A DNA stretch of 60,448 nucleotides, counting the filler, from Dimargaris cristalligena (taxonomy: Eukaryota): assembly GCA_003614675.1 (NCBI GenBank). It is 5 parts of 5 records of this genome, joined end to end, with 100 filler letters (N's around TTAATTAATTAA, not from the genome) between each part and the next. Parts side by side here need not be neighbours in the genome. Positions count along the whole stretch, not along the records: positions 1 to 12,044 come from ML003061.1; positions 12,145 to 24,172 come from ML003063.1; 3 more parts are not named here. One strand, written 5' to 3'. Below the pieces are notes generated by a model. The model was not told the origin of the DNA and made no database searches. It saw only the letters and a list, made by a program, of their open reading frames with translations. Shown here in pieces: positions 1 to 13,245 of this stretch. The translations under genes were made by a program, and so were the position numbers. Position 1 is the stretch's first letter. Each line of letters begins with the position of its first letter.

Positions 1-1484
1 GTTATAGTCATACTGAGTTGAGCATCTTGGGCATTCGAACAAGATGACTAGAGAATTATGGCTTCTGGTCCAGCTGCCGGCTCCATTGATATAATTTATG
101 ATACGATTATATTTCTCTTCAGGTAGGAGGTACCTTTTTTAATTAGCGAGTGACCATGTCCCACAGGCTCCTCCCCTCGCCGTCCTGCTCCTAATTGAAT
201 GGTCGGTGGTTTCCTATCTGTGATTGATTGTATCACCAACATCGTTGGAACATCCCTCAGACCCCCCCCCCCGCATCTGTTCTGGGATCTTTTCAATATA
301 TATAGCGGGGTTTGTTTTAACAAACTGATGCGCTGGCCCGGATATACCTTCGAAGCTAGGCTTTTCTATGTTTTATTTTGGGTGAACACGTCGCATTGTT
401 ACTTAGTTTATTGATATCCAAATGTACAGAACTTGTAAGACATTTCTGTGCATTTGCAGATACTACTGGGTAGGGTGGCATGGCTGGTTAAGTTGGTCAG
501 GGATATATTAAGCTTGGGGTGAAGAGCAGGTCTGGCCCGTAGCCGTCTTCTTGATAAAACCATTCAATACTAGAATGCCTTCAGCATAACAGGAATAGGT
601 CGCTTCTTGGTCCGGGTGGCCGAGATTAAGTGTTGCTGGGAGTGTCTCTAACCCTCGTCGATTGATTGAATTCAGAAAAAGTCCCACGCGTGGGGCGTAT
701 TTTTACCCGTCGGCGTTAAATGGAGAGCCCACTGGTAGAGTAGTGAAGTAGGAACGGCAGCGATATATGCGAAATGCTGGTTTATCTATACTGGCTGGCC
801 AAACTACAGGAGAACACACCAAGGCAGGTAGGAGGTAAGGGAATGCTTGGAATCCCCCACTCCTCTCGACAGGCCCATTGGAATTGCACACATGTAGAGA
901 GATCCGTCCGCACCCTTCTTGTTTGCTTCGAATCCTCCTCCTCCTTTGCAAACCCACACTCCGTTACCCTGTTGTTCTTACCCTCGCGCGCCCCCGCTCT
1001 TATCCCGTCCGTTCGACGTGATTCGGCCCCCTCCCCCACTTACCATTGCTGATTCTTCTGCCTTTCTTTTGTACTCGCCCACTTCTTGACTCGTTGGTCT
1101 TTGTCTTCTTGTTCGCCTGTCGAAGACCTCTCCCATTCAGCTCTGAACGCGACAATATACATATATTTCACTCCCTCTCACCACATTATTATTGTATTGT
1201 TTTCGCGCTAATTCCGTTATCGTCTATAGACCGCTCACCCTCTTATTTGTTATATATATATATATATATTTCCTATGTTTCTGGCCTTGCTTGCCCCGCC
1301 CCTACGCCCTAATTAACAGTTGTGCGGTCAAGGCCCTCTCATTTCAACGCACATACACATACTCTCTGCCTTTCCGACCTCTAAGTGTTTTCCTTGTCCG
1401 GCCACCGTGTTTTACTAACTAAGGTTTCGCTTGCTAGTTTATTTAGTACCCGGCTATCCTTAGCTCGGCCTGGTACTCCCCAGT

Positions 1485-4400
1485 ATGAATACTACAGAGC
1501 CACATTCTCCGTCCGACCTTGACAACTGCCAGGTACGTACTGCAATAGCAATGCCAGTTCTGTGTACTTCCTGCTACTGACTGGCATCAATATCCCCTAA
1601 CCCTCATTGACAGGTGTGTAGGACTGGCCGTAGTCAATTAACTAGAATACCCCCTTTAATTCCACCCACCCATGCCTACCCCGGTGGTTCTTAAACTTGT
1701 CCCTCACATTGGCTAATACACACCTCCCTCTTCACCTACTTGCTTTTTGCTCCACTTTGATTGACATTCCCCAGAAACCCAATGATATACTAGACCAAAA
1801 TTACGAGCAGCTGTTCCAGGAAGAACTATCACACATCCTCACCGAGTATGAAAATACTCTTTTAGAACTTTATTATTGGACCTCCAAGAAATCGCCCATC
1901 CACCCTAACACGCCTACCTCTAGTGATACTCTACCTCACCATCCTGATCTTTCCCAGCTTGACTGGTGCCAAATTCGCGAATCCCCCGAGTTTTCGCAAT
2001 TCCTTACCTCGCACCAGCTTCCAAGGTAACCCATTTACATTTTTATATTATTGTAATTTTTAATATTTGGACCGGAATACCAGGCCCTCCGGACCCATTC
2101 CACACTGTATACGTCCCTGTCCTCCACATATTCTAATCATCACTTTTGCCATACCTAATTAATCCATACTGATCGTCGCTTCGGATAGCTCCGGTATACT
2201 CCCTAGCAATCCCACTGACAGTATGGTAAGCACTCGTGTTTTTATAAATAACGCAACTCTCCCAGCAGGCCAAGGGATCCCAGCTTAGAGCTGATGGTGA
2301 CCTAATAGCTTCAAATATCTGTAGTCCAATTAACCGGTATATCGAACCTTTCACTAACCGATCCGTCTAAACATATCTGCAATTGTAATTTCACCCATAT
2401 TTAGTCGGTAGTTCAGAACGTAGAGACGAATTCCGAAGGGTCGATTAATGTAAGTAATATATACTAGTAGATTTATTATCATCGAATGGACCCAGCGATA
2501 ATGCCGGTTTTTATGACGGCCCAATTTACCATAATATAGGCCAAGTGACTATGCCAAATACCAGCATCCGAAAAATCGCTATTGAACTAAACGGATCGAA
2601 TATGAGCATCACCTAATCCCAGCCCCCCACTGACAATACCGATTGCTACTCTCTGTTTTTTTTTGTGCCACAGAATGTACATGGCTCCCGATCACCTTCC
2701 CATGAGTCCCGGATCATCAAGTCGCTGCCAATTGCCCGACATCGCCAAAAACAATCAGCGAACCGAAAAACTCGTATCATTCAATTTGGCCGGCGAAAGA
2801 CCAAATCCAGCCGCAAAAATGCGAACCACCAGTCGTTGGAACTTTACGGCTGGCTCTACAAAGTTCAGCATCAGCCACTATTCAAATCCCTCCAATCCGC
2901 TCGTAAATTCCTAACCACAAACCATTGGAAGGTAATCCCACTTATTTCACGCTTTGCTTTGCATTAACTAGTTTCTGATAGTCGGTACTCGATTCCCATT
3001 TTTCTGCTGAGCAAAACACACTTGCTTGCTATTGCTGGAAGGCATTCCTCAGACCAAATAATCCCCAAATTGTTGGTAGGCTAACCTTGGTTATTCGCAT
3101 TGGGCTGTTTTTTTTGGGAACGATTGGTTTTATTATCTTTGAATGGTTGATTAGGTGGCCCGCGATGAATTGAAAGCCTTCCGTACCCTGCAGCGAATCG
3201 AGGCTCTCAAGAGCCAGAACCTATGGTCCTTCCGCCAAATCGAACGCCACGAAGCCCCCCCACGTACCAAATCCCATTGGGACTTCCTGCTAGACGAGAT
3301 GCAATGGCTGCAGGCCGACTTCAAGGAAGAGCGCAAATTAAAAATCGCCCTATCCCACCAAATCGGAACCTGGGTAATGGCCTGGCATCGAGCGACCGAC
3401 AAATCCGCCCTGTGTGTTCGCATCCGCCCCCGGCCCGCTCTGATTACAACTATTAGTAGTAGTGGTGGTGCCATGGACACCGATCCACTGGTTCCATCGG
3501 TAGACTCGCCCACTGTTCCAGTTATCGATCAATCGCCCGCGTCGGCCAACGGTGCATTGACGCCGAAGGTGGCCTGGCCTGAGCTTCTGGACCCTAACTC
3601 GAGCCTATTGCTCAATGACACCCTCAGTCAAGAGCTTCTGGCCCAATTCTACGAGTATCCCCTGATGGTACCCCCGGTCTTTAGTGACTCGGCGGTGTTC
3701 GAGGATATACTGGAGCATAGCCAAATGGTTCCGCTATCGAACTTAATGAGCTCCTTGGTGGCCTTTAATGAGGTGGCCCAGCGGTCCGAAGCGGACGACC
3801 AGGGACTGCAACTCGTTCCCCAGAAGCGTTCGGGCGAATTGCTGGAGCATTTCTTAGAGGAATTAGACCGCCAATCGCAGGCCTTCCTCGATGACACCGA
3901 ACTCTATCTGCCCGCGACTAATGCGCAGGAGGAAGCGGATATCCAGGCCAACGGTAGTGATTACGTGACGGCGGAGGACCGCACCTCATCATTCACCATG
4001 TCCGGGTTCGACGGTGGGTACACCGGTGACCATGCCCTTTACCGTCCCCGCAAGATCTGCCGAACCCTGCCCGGTGCGCAACTTTATGACGACCACCAAA
4101 CGCTGTCACCCCTCTTCCACCATAAAAGCGGAAGTCAGGACGGTGGGGGAGGTGCCCATTTCCCCTCACCCGCCATGCTCCATCACATTCCCCCACCGGA
4201 GAGTGCCAGTGCCGGGTCCATCACCTGGACCCCTGAAGATGATACGCTGCTGCAGGACTTGGTAGAAAGTTACGGCAGTCACTGGTCATTGGTGGCCGAT
4301 GCATTTAATACCCGGAATCACCTTCCCGGGGCGAAACCCCGCAATGGGCGGGATTGCTTCGACCGATGGGCTGCCTTGGGAAAACAGTTCCCCCACATGC

Positions 4401-7400
4401 CCAATGCCCTTGATTTCAATTTCGCGTCGGTGGCATCGACCCCACTTTCGGCCACCTTTGGCTTTACGGGAGACAATACGGCCCAACGGGGCAACCCGGC
4501 CACATCATTCTCCGGACAAGAGGGTAGCGGAGGGGGTAAGCCGGCTTCAACCACGGCTACAGTGGCCACGGCCGGTGATTTGGCGACCATTCTCACCGCG
4601 GAGGAGAAACGTGGTCAGCGGCTCCAGTCGCTATCGGAAGCTATGCGTAAGACCCTCAAGAAACGCCAGGACATCCAGTCTCGTACGGAACAGACCCTGG
4701 CCTTGCGCTCTAAAAAAGTTAGTGCATTTGAGGCTGCCGTTGATGCGTCCGCTATTCTAGCGGCTAGTGGACACGGTCCTAGCAACGGCAAAACCCCTAG
4801 GGATGCGAATACACCCGCCACTAATGATACTTCCGGCACCACCCCTGCTGTATCGTCCGCACCTACCCAGGGGGTCAACAAAGCAAGTGGGGACAATACG
4901 GCCAAGGCGGATCCGACGGGAAGTGGCGCCGACGACACCACCACCACCGCAAGCGGGGCAGCCCATAATAATAACAGTAATAGCGCGGGAGCGGTCGCCA
5001 CGAACAACAAACCACCGGGTGGACCGCCATCTGTCGTATACCGCTCACCGATGGAACTCAGTTCGGCCAAACAGGAGCTGGATATCCAAATGGCCCAAAT
5101 GGCGCTTCGGCGCCAGCGTTCGTTTACGACCTCCCAGTGGGCGATGCAGAATTTAGCGCGGACCATGACCGGGCGCGGTGGTGTACCGGCTCTACCTATG
5201 GGTCGCCCAATGGGTTTGCCCGTTCGACCACCGCCAGGGAATAATGGAGTTGGTGGGGAGGCCGGTGCTGCAACTGGAGGCGGCGGCGGTGCGGCCGGGG
5301 GAAACCCTGCCATGGCAGCCGCAGCGGCGGGAGCCCATACTCCCGCCCAGCACCCGGGTCTGCCGAACAACCCCAACTTGGCTCTATTGGGCCACCCGAA
5401 CGGCGCTCCCAATCCCAATGGCCTGACCCCTGCCCAAGCGGCCGCTCTCGCCGCTTCCATGAACGCCATGGCGGCCGCCAACGGTGGGGTACCCATGAAC
5501 CCTGGTATGGGCCGGGGTATCCCTCGCATTCCCGGAGTTCCCCCGGGGTTGGCCGCCCGCTTGGGACCGGAACAAATGCAGGCGTTCCTAGCCGCCCGCC
5601 AGGCTCACGTATTCCGACAGGCCATGGCTGCGCAAGCCGCCGCTGCTTCGGCCGGCTCCGGAGCCCCACCAGGTAACACCCCTAATTTCCCCATGGGTCC
5701 GGGGGGGATGATGTCATTACCGCCCCAGGCGCAGGTCCTACACCCTTCTCATCCACCCCAGGCAGCTGTGTTGGCGACACCTCCCCTAGGTGGAGGAGGA
5801 GGAGGAGGTGTAAGTAATACTCAGGGCCAGCGTCCGCCTGGGTCAGACGGAAATGGAGGAGGGGGCCCCGCAACCGGTACGCCACCCCTACGCCCCACGG
5901 GTTCGCCGCGAACTCCCCACCAGGCGGCCAAAGCCGCAACTTCACCCAGTACTACGAAGCCGGGCGGCCATCCCATGGGCGGGCCTAACGCAGCCTCACT
6001 AGTGCTGCCCAATTCGGCCACAGGACAGGGTCCCCCTCAGTCCCAAGGTGGCGGTGGGTTGCATAAACCAGGTGCCCCGGCGGCCGGCCCTCCTCAAGGA
6101 ATGCCGGGTCAGGCCGTTGGTGTTGGCGGTATTCCCAAACCACAATTCAAACCCGAAATGAATATGCCCTTCGCCATGGGTGGTGGAAATCCGACCATGG
6201 CCAATAATTTGTCGGCCCTGGCGGTGCAGTTTGCCAACCTATCCCCCGCCCAGAAACTACAACTGTTACAACAGCAGCAACACGTCCAACATCTACACCA
6301 GCAATATCAGCAGGTTATGATTCAGCAACAGCAATTCCAACAGCTTCAACAGCACCACCAACAGCAGCAACACCAACAACAACAGCAGCAGCTTCAGTTC
6401 CAAGCGGGGCTGTCTCCAGATGATCTACAAAAACTTCAAAGTCAACAGCTAGCGCAGGTTCATCTTCGACAACAATTACAGCGTGCGCAACTTCTGCAGC
6501 AGAGGAACCAGCAGCAGCAGCAACAACAGCAACATCAGCAACAACTACTACAGCAGCAGCAAAATTTGAAGAATTCGCCTAGTCGCCCCGTCCCTGGTTC
6601 TGAGGGTGCCATATCGGCCCAGATGGACTCGTCTAACCCAGCCAATATCCAGCCCATGGTTCAATCATCCCCTAATCCGGGCGACCCCACGGGGGGCAGT
6701 CCAGCACTGGCCGCCCATACGGGTGCTGCTCTATCTACCGCTCCCCAGCACATCAACCAGCTGTTAGCGGCCAAGCTAAACATTGCGAATATATCGTCCG
6801 CTGATTTCATGGCCGCCTTTGAAAAACACAAACAGCAACACCAGGGGTTTAATGCCGAAAAACTTCGGCTTCAGCTTCTTCAGCATCACCTAGCCGCCGC
6901 GGCGCAAGCGCAGAATGGTAATAAGAACGCATCCGTTGCGGCTGCGGCGGCAGCGACCGGAGGGGTATCCCCCAATTTGGGGAATATGGCCGGAGTGCGG
7001 CCTAATGGAGGGTCTCCGTCACCTCTTATGAGCCCCATGTCGAACAATACCGCCGCATCCGCCCATTCCCCCCACCACCACACCCCTCGCCCAGGTATGG
7101 GACCCATGTCCCTTAACATGGGCGGTGGGCATTCACCCGGGGGAACTCGCCTGCGTCCCCCTCCTCCTCCACCGCCGGCCATGATGGGGTCGCCCCCCTT
7201 AGGTATGGGTCCAGGAAATATGCGGGCCCTTCCAGGCCACCCGTTCCCCATTTCATCACCGTCGGTTCCGGTGCCCCCACAATCCCAACCCCCTTCCGCC
7301 GCTGGCCACCATCCACTGGGCGTCGGCCCGAACCTGGTTGGCCACCCGGGCACCCCCCCCCGTGCGACCCCACAACCCCCTAATCGGAACAGGTAGTCCC

Positions 7401-8357
7401 CCAGCCCACTTACAACTCAACCCGGCTATGTATATGGGTACGCCGGGCGCCGGTGGTGGTGGAGGAGGAGGAACACCCGGCGTTCCGATGGGCTTAAATA
7501 TGGGGAATAATCGTCCCCCGCTGAACTACTCCGCGGCCGCACTGCAGGCCTCTCTTATGAATCAAGGCAATAATACGCTGATGGCCCAGGCCCTGAACGC
7601 CCAGCGAGCGGCTGCCCTGGCAGCCGCTGGGGCTGGAGCTGGAGCTGGAGCCGGTAGCCCCGGTAGCAATCCCATGGGCCCTAATGGCCTCCTCCTGCCG
7701 AATATGCCCCCGAATATGGCCAGTATGAACCCCAATGCTTTAGCTGCAATGGCCGCCGCCATGGCCGCCGCGTCCGGGAATCGGATACCGCCGGGACAGC
7801 CCCATTCCTCGGCCTCCTCTTCACCCCTGCCGCCTACGAATATGTTAGCTGGTAATGGGCCCGGCTCACCGGGAATAGGAGGCCTAGGTGTAGGTGTAGG
7901 CGTAGCAGGTCTCAGTAATCCCGATAGTGTGGCCAATAGTCCTAACCCCAATAATGCCGGCACTACGGTATCCAGTCCGGGGATGCCACCCACCTCTGCC
8001 ACCGCCTCGGCGACGGTCCGGGCCAGTGCTAGTCCATCGGGCCTGCTCGCCCACCGGACTCCCAATGCCGGCACAAAGTCTAACGGTCTCGGTAACAACC
8101 ATAGCCCATTATTGGGTGCGGCAGCTAACCATGCCCTACGAAACGCGACGGGTCAGTTGAGTAACCAAAACTCGCCCGTGATGGGCAATCTCCGACCTAC
8201 TGGCCCCGGTACGGGTGGGGGTGGGGTACACGCTGCCCAGGCCGCCCTCACGTCAGCGCATAGCAGCCCTAACCCCAACGCCATTTCCAACCATGCGACC
8301 CCTAACCCCTTCACGGCCGCTAACCCCGATAACTCAACCCCAGGAAGCTCGGGTTAA
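1485..8357 (+). CDS. EAF1: NuA4 scaffold subunit Eaf1/Vid21 (HSA + SANT/Myb-like domain, very long Q/G/P/N-rich C-terminus). Proposed exons 1485-1532, 1775-2025, 2189-2225, 2405-2449, 2674-2931, 3155-8357, with a frameshift at ~7353-7361
   Basis: HSA-type motif 'WSFRQIERHEAPPRTKSHWDFLLDEMQWLQADFKEERKLKIA' and SANT motif 'WTPEDDTLLQDLVESYGSHWSLVADAF...CFDRW'. The GT-AG introns keep phase. ORFs 3155-7396 and 7338-8357 join if one C is removed from the C9 run. Confidence 0.9.
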
Positions 8358-10149
8358 ATCCATCCTAACCTTATGGCGCAAATCATAATTCCAGCTCTAA
8401 TAGTGGTGCTGGTTCCCTTTAGCCCAGGGGTATCTTTCTCTACTTTTAATGCTACCAACATCCAATTTATTTTATTTTATTTTGCAAAGAACTAGGAGCA
8501 CAATTTCACTATCATTTCGCTGTACGACCTTTCCATAGAGTTTAATGAGCAGAACTATTCCCTACCAACATCTCCGAACTCCGACAAGAAAGAGTGCGCC
8601 CTTACTTTATTTTTCGCATAGACCTCGGGGAGATTGACCTTCTCTTCTTTTGATAGCGTATAATTCATTTCGGTTCATATTCCTTCTTGACCTCAATTGG
8701 CCCATTGGACTATTTAATCATCGACATTGTTGCTGTTTTCTTATTTTATTTTGATTTTTTTATTCGACTTTAACGCTCGCTTTGATTCATTTAATCGAAT
8801 CGATCCATATGGATGGTACGCCCAAACTACCCCATATGGTGTACCCGTGACTATCCAATCATTCCCAAATGTGTATAAATGTTAGTGTGCTTATTATTTT
8901 ACCTTTGATTTTGCTTCTATTTTCGGCTATTATGAAAGTTTCGAATAAATGGCTTTAAACACATACCCAAATTGGGAAGGCTGCGAATTACAGTGATTGA
9001 GTCCATGTCTCTTAACCACTAAATACCAGCAGGCGCCTTAGTGACTCTATTTATCAACGAAGCCTTTCTTTTTTAAAAAACCATATCAACCCAGGGTGCT
9101 GCCTTACTGAATTGATTACCAGCCCTCCATATACTCAATAATTTGGTGTGCTCTTTTGAGCAGGTCAGTGGCAGAGACTAAACCCCGCAGATGCCCTGTA
9201 GGGCAGTAGTGTAAAATAAAGTATAGGAGCAGTGACCGAACCTCATGCCAAACTGTCTAGGAGGAGAGAACCTAAGGGGATTGACAGGTGGGTTATGGAA
9301 CATTAAAATATATAGGGTACACTGGGAAGGTTCTAAAAGTAAATCACCGGCGTCCCAGGGGAGTTCAGACTGCTCCTCCTATACATGGATAGAATGGCCC
9401 TAGATGGCCCAAACATAATTATGATCAGCCTACTAATGAAATATGAATTGAAAAGTTCACCTACCTCACCCAGTCCCTAGGCTATTTAGGAGTCTCAAAT
9501 TAATATTCCTTGCTTAGGTTGGTACTTGAAAAGTAGTCTAAAGTAGCGAGATCTGACATTAACTATAAAATCAATATCCCTTAGTGGATGGGGATCAAAA
9601 AAGGACGTGCCTGATGCGTAATGGAGCCTGTGGGGCTGTGGGGGTACGGGGTTATTGTGGGGAGCTCGGGAGAAACGGGGCACAGGAGGCGGAAAGGATT
9701 CCTACCACCAGTGATATAGATAATCGAGGCTGAAAAATGCTAAATAATCATGATATTCGGAGGATACTAGACGACGATATCAACACTAGAATAAAAACAG
9801 GACACGGGAGAAACAACTAAATACTAGTACTGGACAATACTCAACGAGGCTTGAGGATACACTGGTCTACTTTATTCATGATTTGGTAGTTCAGCTGGTA
9901 TTTATACCATAACAGTGAGTGCAAGGGTCACTTATTAAATGACGGTAATAGTTTAGGTGGCTCAGAATAAGCAATCCGAATACAATCGGTTATCGGGTCA
10001 GTAAATCATTGACAATGGCAAACCAACCAAGGTTATGGTCGTCATGCCGGGTAAATCAGGATGGGCTTCTGCATCCGGCTATTGTGTTGTCATATCCGAT
10101 ATATTGATAAAGCACACCATGCGTAGCAGTAGGGGGTTGATAATGGGTT

Positions 10150-12044
10150 TCCAGGGTAGATACGCTTCAGTGCCACTAATAAATTACAGGCCTATAGTAT
10201 AGCAAAGCCTTAAGGTTATTCTGTATGACTTTGAATATTTCAACTGTTTCTAAAAAACAAGAATTAAGGGAAACTTCAGCTAAGCTGTAATACAAAAAAT
10301 TCAGTTAACAGGGTAGCTAGTATTAGGTAAAATAGGCAAAAAGACACCTCAGGCCTCTATCAATTCTTCCATAGCTTCTTACATTTTTTACACTTTCACC
10401 CTAACCCCCCCCCACCCATCATAGCCACAGTGCATTTAATGTAATACAACGCAGAAACCATTCCCTACAACTCTTACAGTTTCCTTTAAAAAGCATTTTT
10501 TGGTTAACAGGTTCTATATTCACATTACCACTGGGGTTAACCACTCTTAGTCCATCAAGAGTCCCAAAGATAGGCTTCTAATGGTAGGTGAGGCTTAGAC
10601 TCAGCTAAGTGGGCTACTAGTATTAGGTATAGGATACAGTACTAACCAATAAAGGACAAGTACAGGTAAATATAAGGGAAATGCAGTGGGTACACTTATT
10701 AGTTAGTACAAGGTGAGAGAGCATATATAGAGTTTATTGAAGTAAACTAGGGGGTAAAGGATAAGCTAAGAAATCAAACCAGTCCCAGTGGGGCCTAATT
10801 ATATATATGTGGGGACAGCTCCCAAGTGAGGTCCCAAGGGAAATACTACTAAGACTAAGGTATAGGTAGATAAAGAATCTGACCAGATGGCTTCATATCT
10901 GGAAGACTCTCATGAGAACTGGAAGAGTCTTGGATCAGCAAGTTGAGTATTTGGGGTGTGAAGTATTGGGATCAAATGGGTAGGGTTATATAATAAATGA
11001 TGACCCCATAGTACCAGGGGTGACTATGGGAGGGTTAATATGGCACTATAAGGCCTAATAAGGATGAGTGATTGTTAAGTCTGGATTAAGTTGGATTAGG
11101 AGGGCCGACAAAGACTGACCAGAAATTTACCAAAAAGGGAAGAGTAACTACTAAGTAATGGCTGGGTAGGTTTGAAATACTAACTAATATGATTGCCAGG
11201 CTAATAATTAGTAAAGGACAGGCATAGATGAAGTTTTCAGGTGAAGGGTGGTTGATAGGATGTGCTACCAAACTAAAGCTGGTCATACTAAATAAGAAGC
11301 GATTATGATAGGTGGCCTCACAAATGGACTCTGGGTATGTAATATCAAAGAGAGGGGGGAGAACCTAGGTCTAAACTAGCAGGTTTCAAGATTCAATTCA
11401 TCTAACATTAAGTGCCTTTAATGATCAACTTCTTGATCACAGTTTGGTCCTTGAAGGCCGACTTGGGGATTGTGTGATATTCAGGCAGGGTAGACCAGAG
11501 TACCCAAAAGGATATCGAGGGATGTGTGTTGTCATCAGAATTGGGACTGGAGCTTAGATGGAGCATACCTATTGAACCAAAACCATTCACACAATATCTA
11601 ATATTGGTTCAGATTTCCGGCTTTAGATATCTATATTTGTTGGTGAGCATCTTGTAAGCCCAGTGGAAACCCAAATATTTGAAACACTTGATTGCATCAG
11701 ATGCATTAACACATAATTCACTAATAGCCCTGTCTACATTTCCAACCAGGTCGAATTCCAGGGAAATCAGTTGCAAGAAATTATACATTTTAGTTACATT
11801 GAATCTGAGGTTTCTAATTTTGGTAATATATTTGCTGAGTTTGTCAAATTGCATATAGGCAGCTAAGGCACCAGTGTCACAGTGTGGTAATGTCAAGCCA
11901 CTAAAATGAACAACAAAAATATATCAAAAGGGCAGGGTGGCTTCTCCAGGTGAACTGGTTTGTCACTCAAATGAAAATATTAATAAAACCAACTGTATAA
12001 AGTTTTTAACCAAAGTAATCCAATATGAAAAATACTTGTTTGGA
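10150..12044 (-). mobile_element. Heavily decayed, CpG-poor repeat region; possible non-LTR (LINE-like) reverse-transcriptase remnant around 11600-11950
   Basis: Very few CpG by eye and many stops in all frames. The minus-strand peptide 'LRFNVTKM...IKCFKYLGF' resembles the LINE RT 'L.xN.xK ... fkYLG' motifs. The region ends at a contig gap. Confidence 0.3.
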
Positions 12045-12144
12045 NNNNNNNNNNNNNNNNNNNNNNNNNNNNNNNNNNNNNNNNNNNNTTAATTAATTAA
12101 NNNNNNNNNNNNNNNNNNNNNNNNNNNNNNNNNNNNNNNNNNNN
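12045..12144. other. Artificial contig-join linker (N-run / TTAATTAATTAA / N-run)
   Basis: 100 nt: Ns flanking a 12-mer that has stops in all six frames; same design at four places in the window. Confidence 0.97.
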
Positions 12145-12251
12145 TTGCATTATATGTGTATGGGAGAATATATGGGAAATTTATTTTTAACTAGCAATAT
12201 TGGCCGAATCTAATGGATTTTTCGTTATACAGCTTGGATGAACTTCTCCCA
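12145..12251 (+). mobile_element. MITE family copy A (5' part lost in the gap)
   Basis: Matches the 3' two-thirds of the copies at 33079, 43738 and 48466; ends '...ttatacagcttggatgaacttctcCCA|TA'. Confidence 0.8.
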
Positions 12252-13245
12252 TATGGTACTCATTATTTCTGGCAGTAAGGCCCATATTAAATGAATAGGA
12301 CTACTAGGCTACACTTGAATAATCTAACATTGGGGTGGTGGATGGGAAGCGGATAATATTATGGTGTTATTCAATAGGGTAGTATAACATTTCTATTTGT
12401 TGTGAAGCAGCCGGGTCTGAAACTCTGGTCATTGCTATCCCATTATCTTGGCATTACTGCTACCACATCTACGTATCTATCTTCCCCTCCCCTTTCGGTT
12501 GCACCTTCGTTTGGTTGGCCCATATATATTCCCTATGGGTTTAATAGTAGGGTTATCTTATTACTGGGATGGATCCCCTTTTAATTAAACTGGGCAACTG
12601 GCCGAGTTCCCCGATTTTGGCCTCCGAACCACAGTATCCGTTTAATGCCCTAACAATATGCAAAATATACAAAAAGAGTGGCGTTGGTTATCAAATTCAA
12701 GGCTATTTTAGGGCAACAACGCCCTCTCTTAGTAAATACACTGTATATACGCGGTTGCAATGGACTTCTCTTCTATAGCAAAATTATACCCATAGCCCCT
12801 CCCCCTGTTCTTTCCTTTGCCATTATAATACAGAACGAAAGACCCAGGCCTTCCATGAAGGCACCGTTACACCGCTGGTCTATTCTATGGAAAAAGCGTA
12901 CCAATGAACAACACACTGTGCTTTCCAAACCAATCCCGATAGACAGAACTAAAGGAGCCCCGATTGGCTTTTGCCCAAAATAAGGTTTACTAATGTGGGC
13001 TACTAGGGGGATGGTTGTATTGCCCCCTTTGTTTTTTCAACTGACAAAACTGCCGGTCTCGTTTTCATTCCATATATATATAAACCCCTCGACAAGTTGG
13101 TCTGTAATCTTTCCATTAAGTCTTTTCCCCCTTTTAATGCCATTCCAGCACCTTGACCATACCACTTCAACCCTTTATTTCGTGCTTTAAATAATTCACC
13201 CTACTCCCATTCCTCTCTAATCGCTGATTGTATATTGCAGTTATC

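Noticed and set aside
4615..8102. Long antisense ORFs over EAF1 (e.g. 4615-5529, 6886-7353, 7562-8098)
   Set aside because: Shadows of GC-rich low-complexity coding sequence.
8802..8839. CCATATGG palindromes (also near 22270) resembling MITE ends or target sites
   Set aside because: Too short to distinguish from chance, and no flanking MITE sequence.
12089..12100. TTAATTAATTAA palindrome repeated four times in the window
   Set aside because: Always centred in a 100-nt N block; it is an artificial six-frame stop linker, not biology. Gene adjacency across these joins is not trusted.
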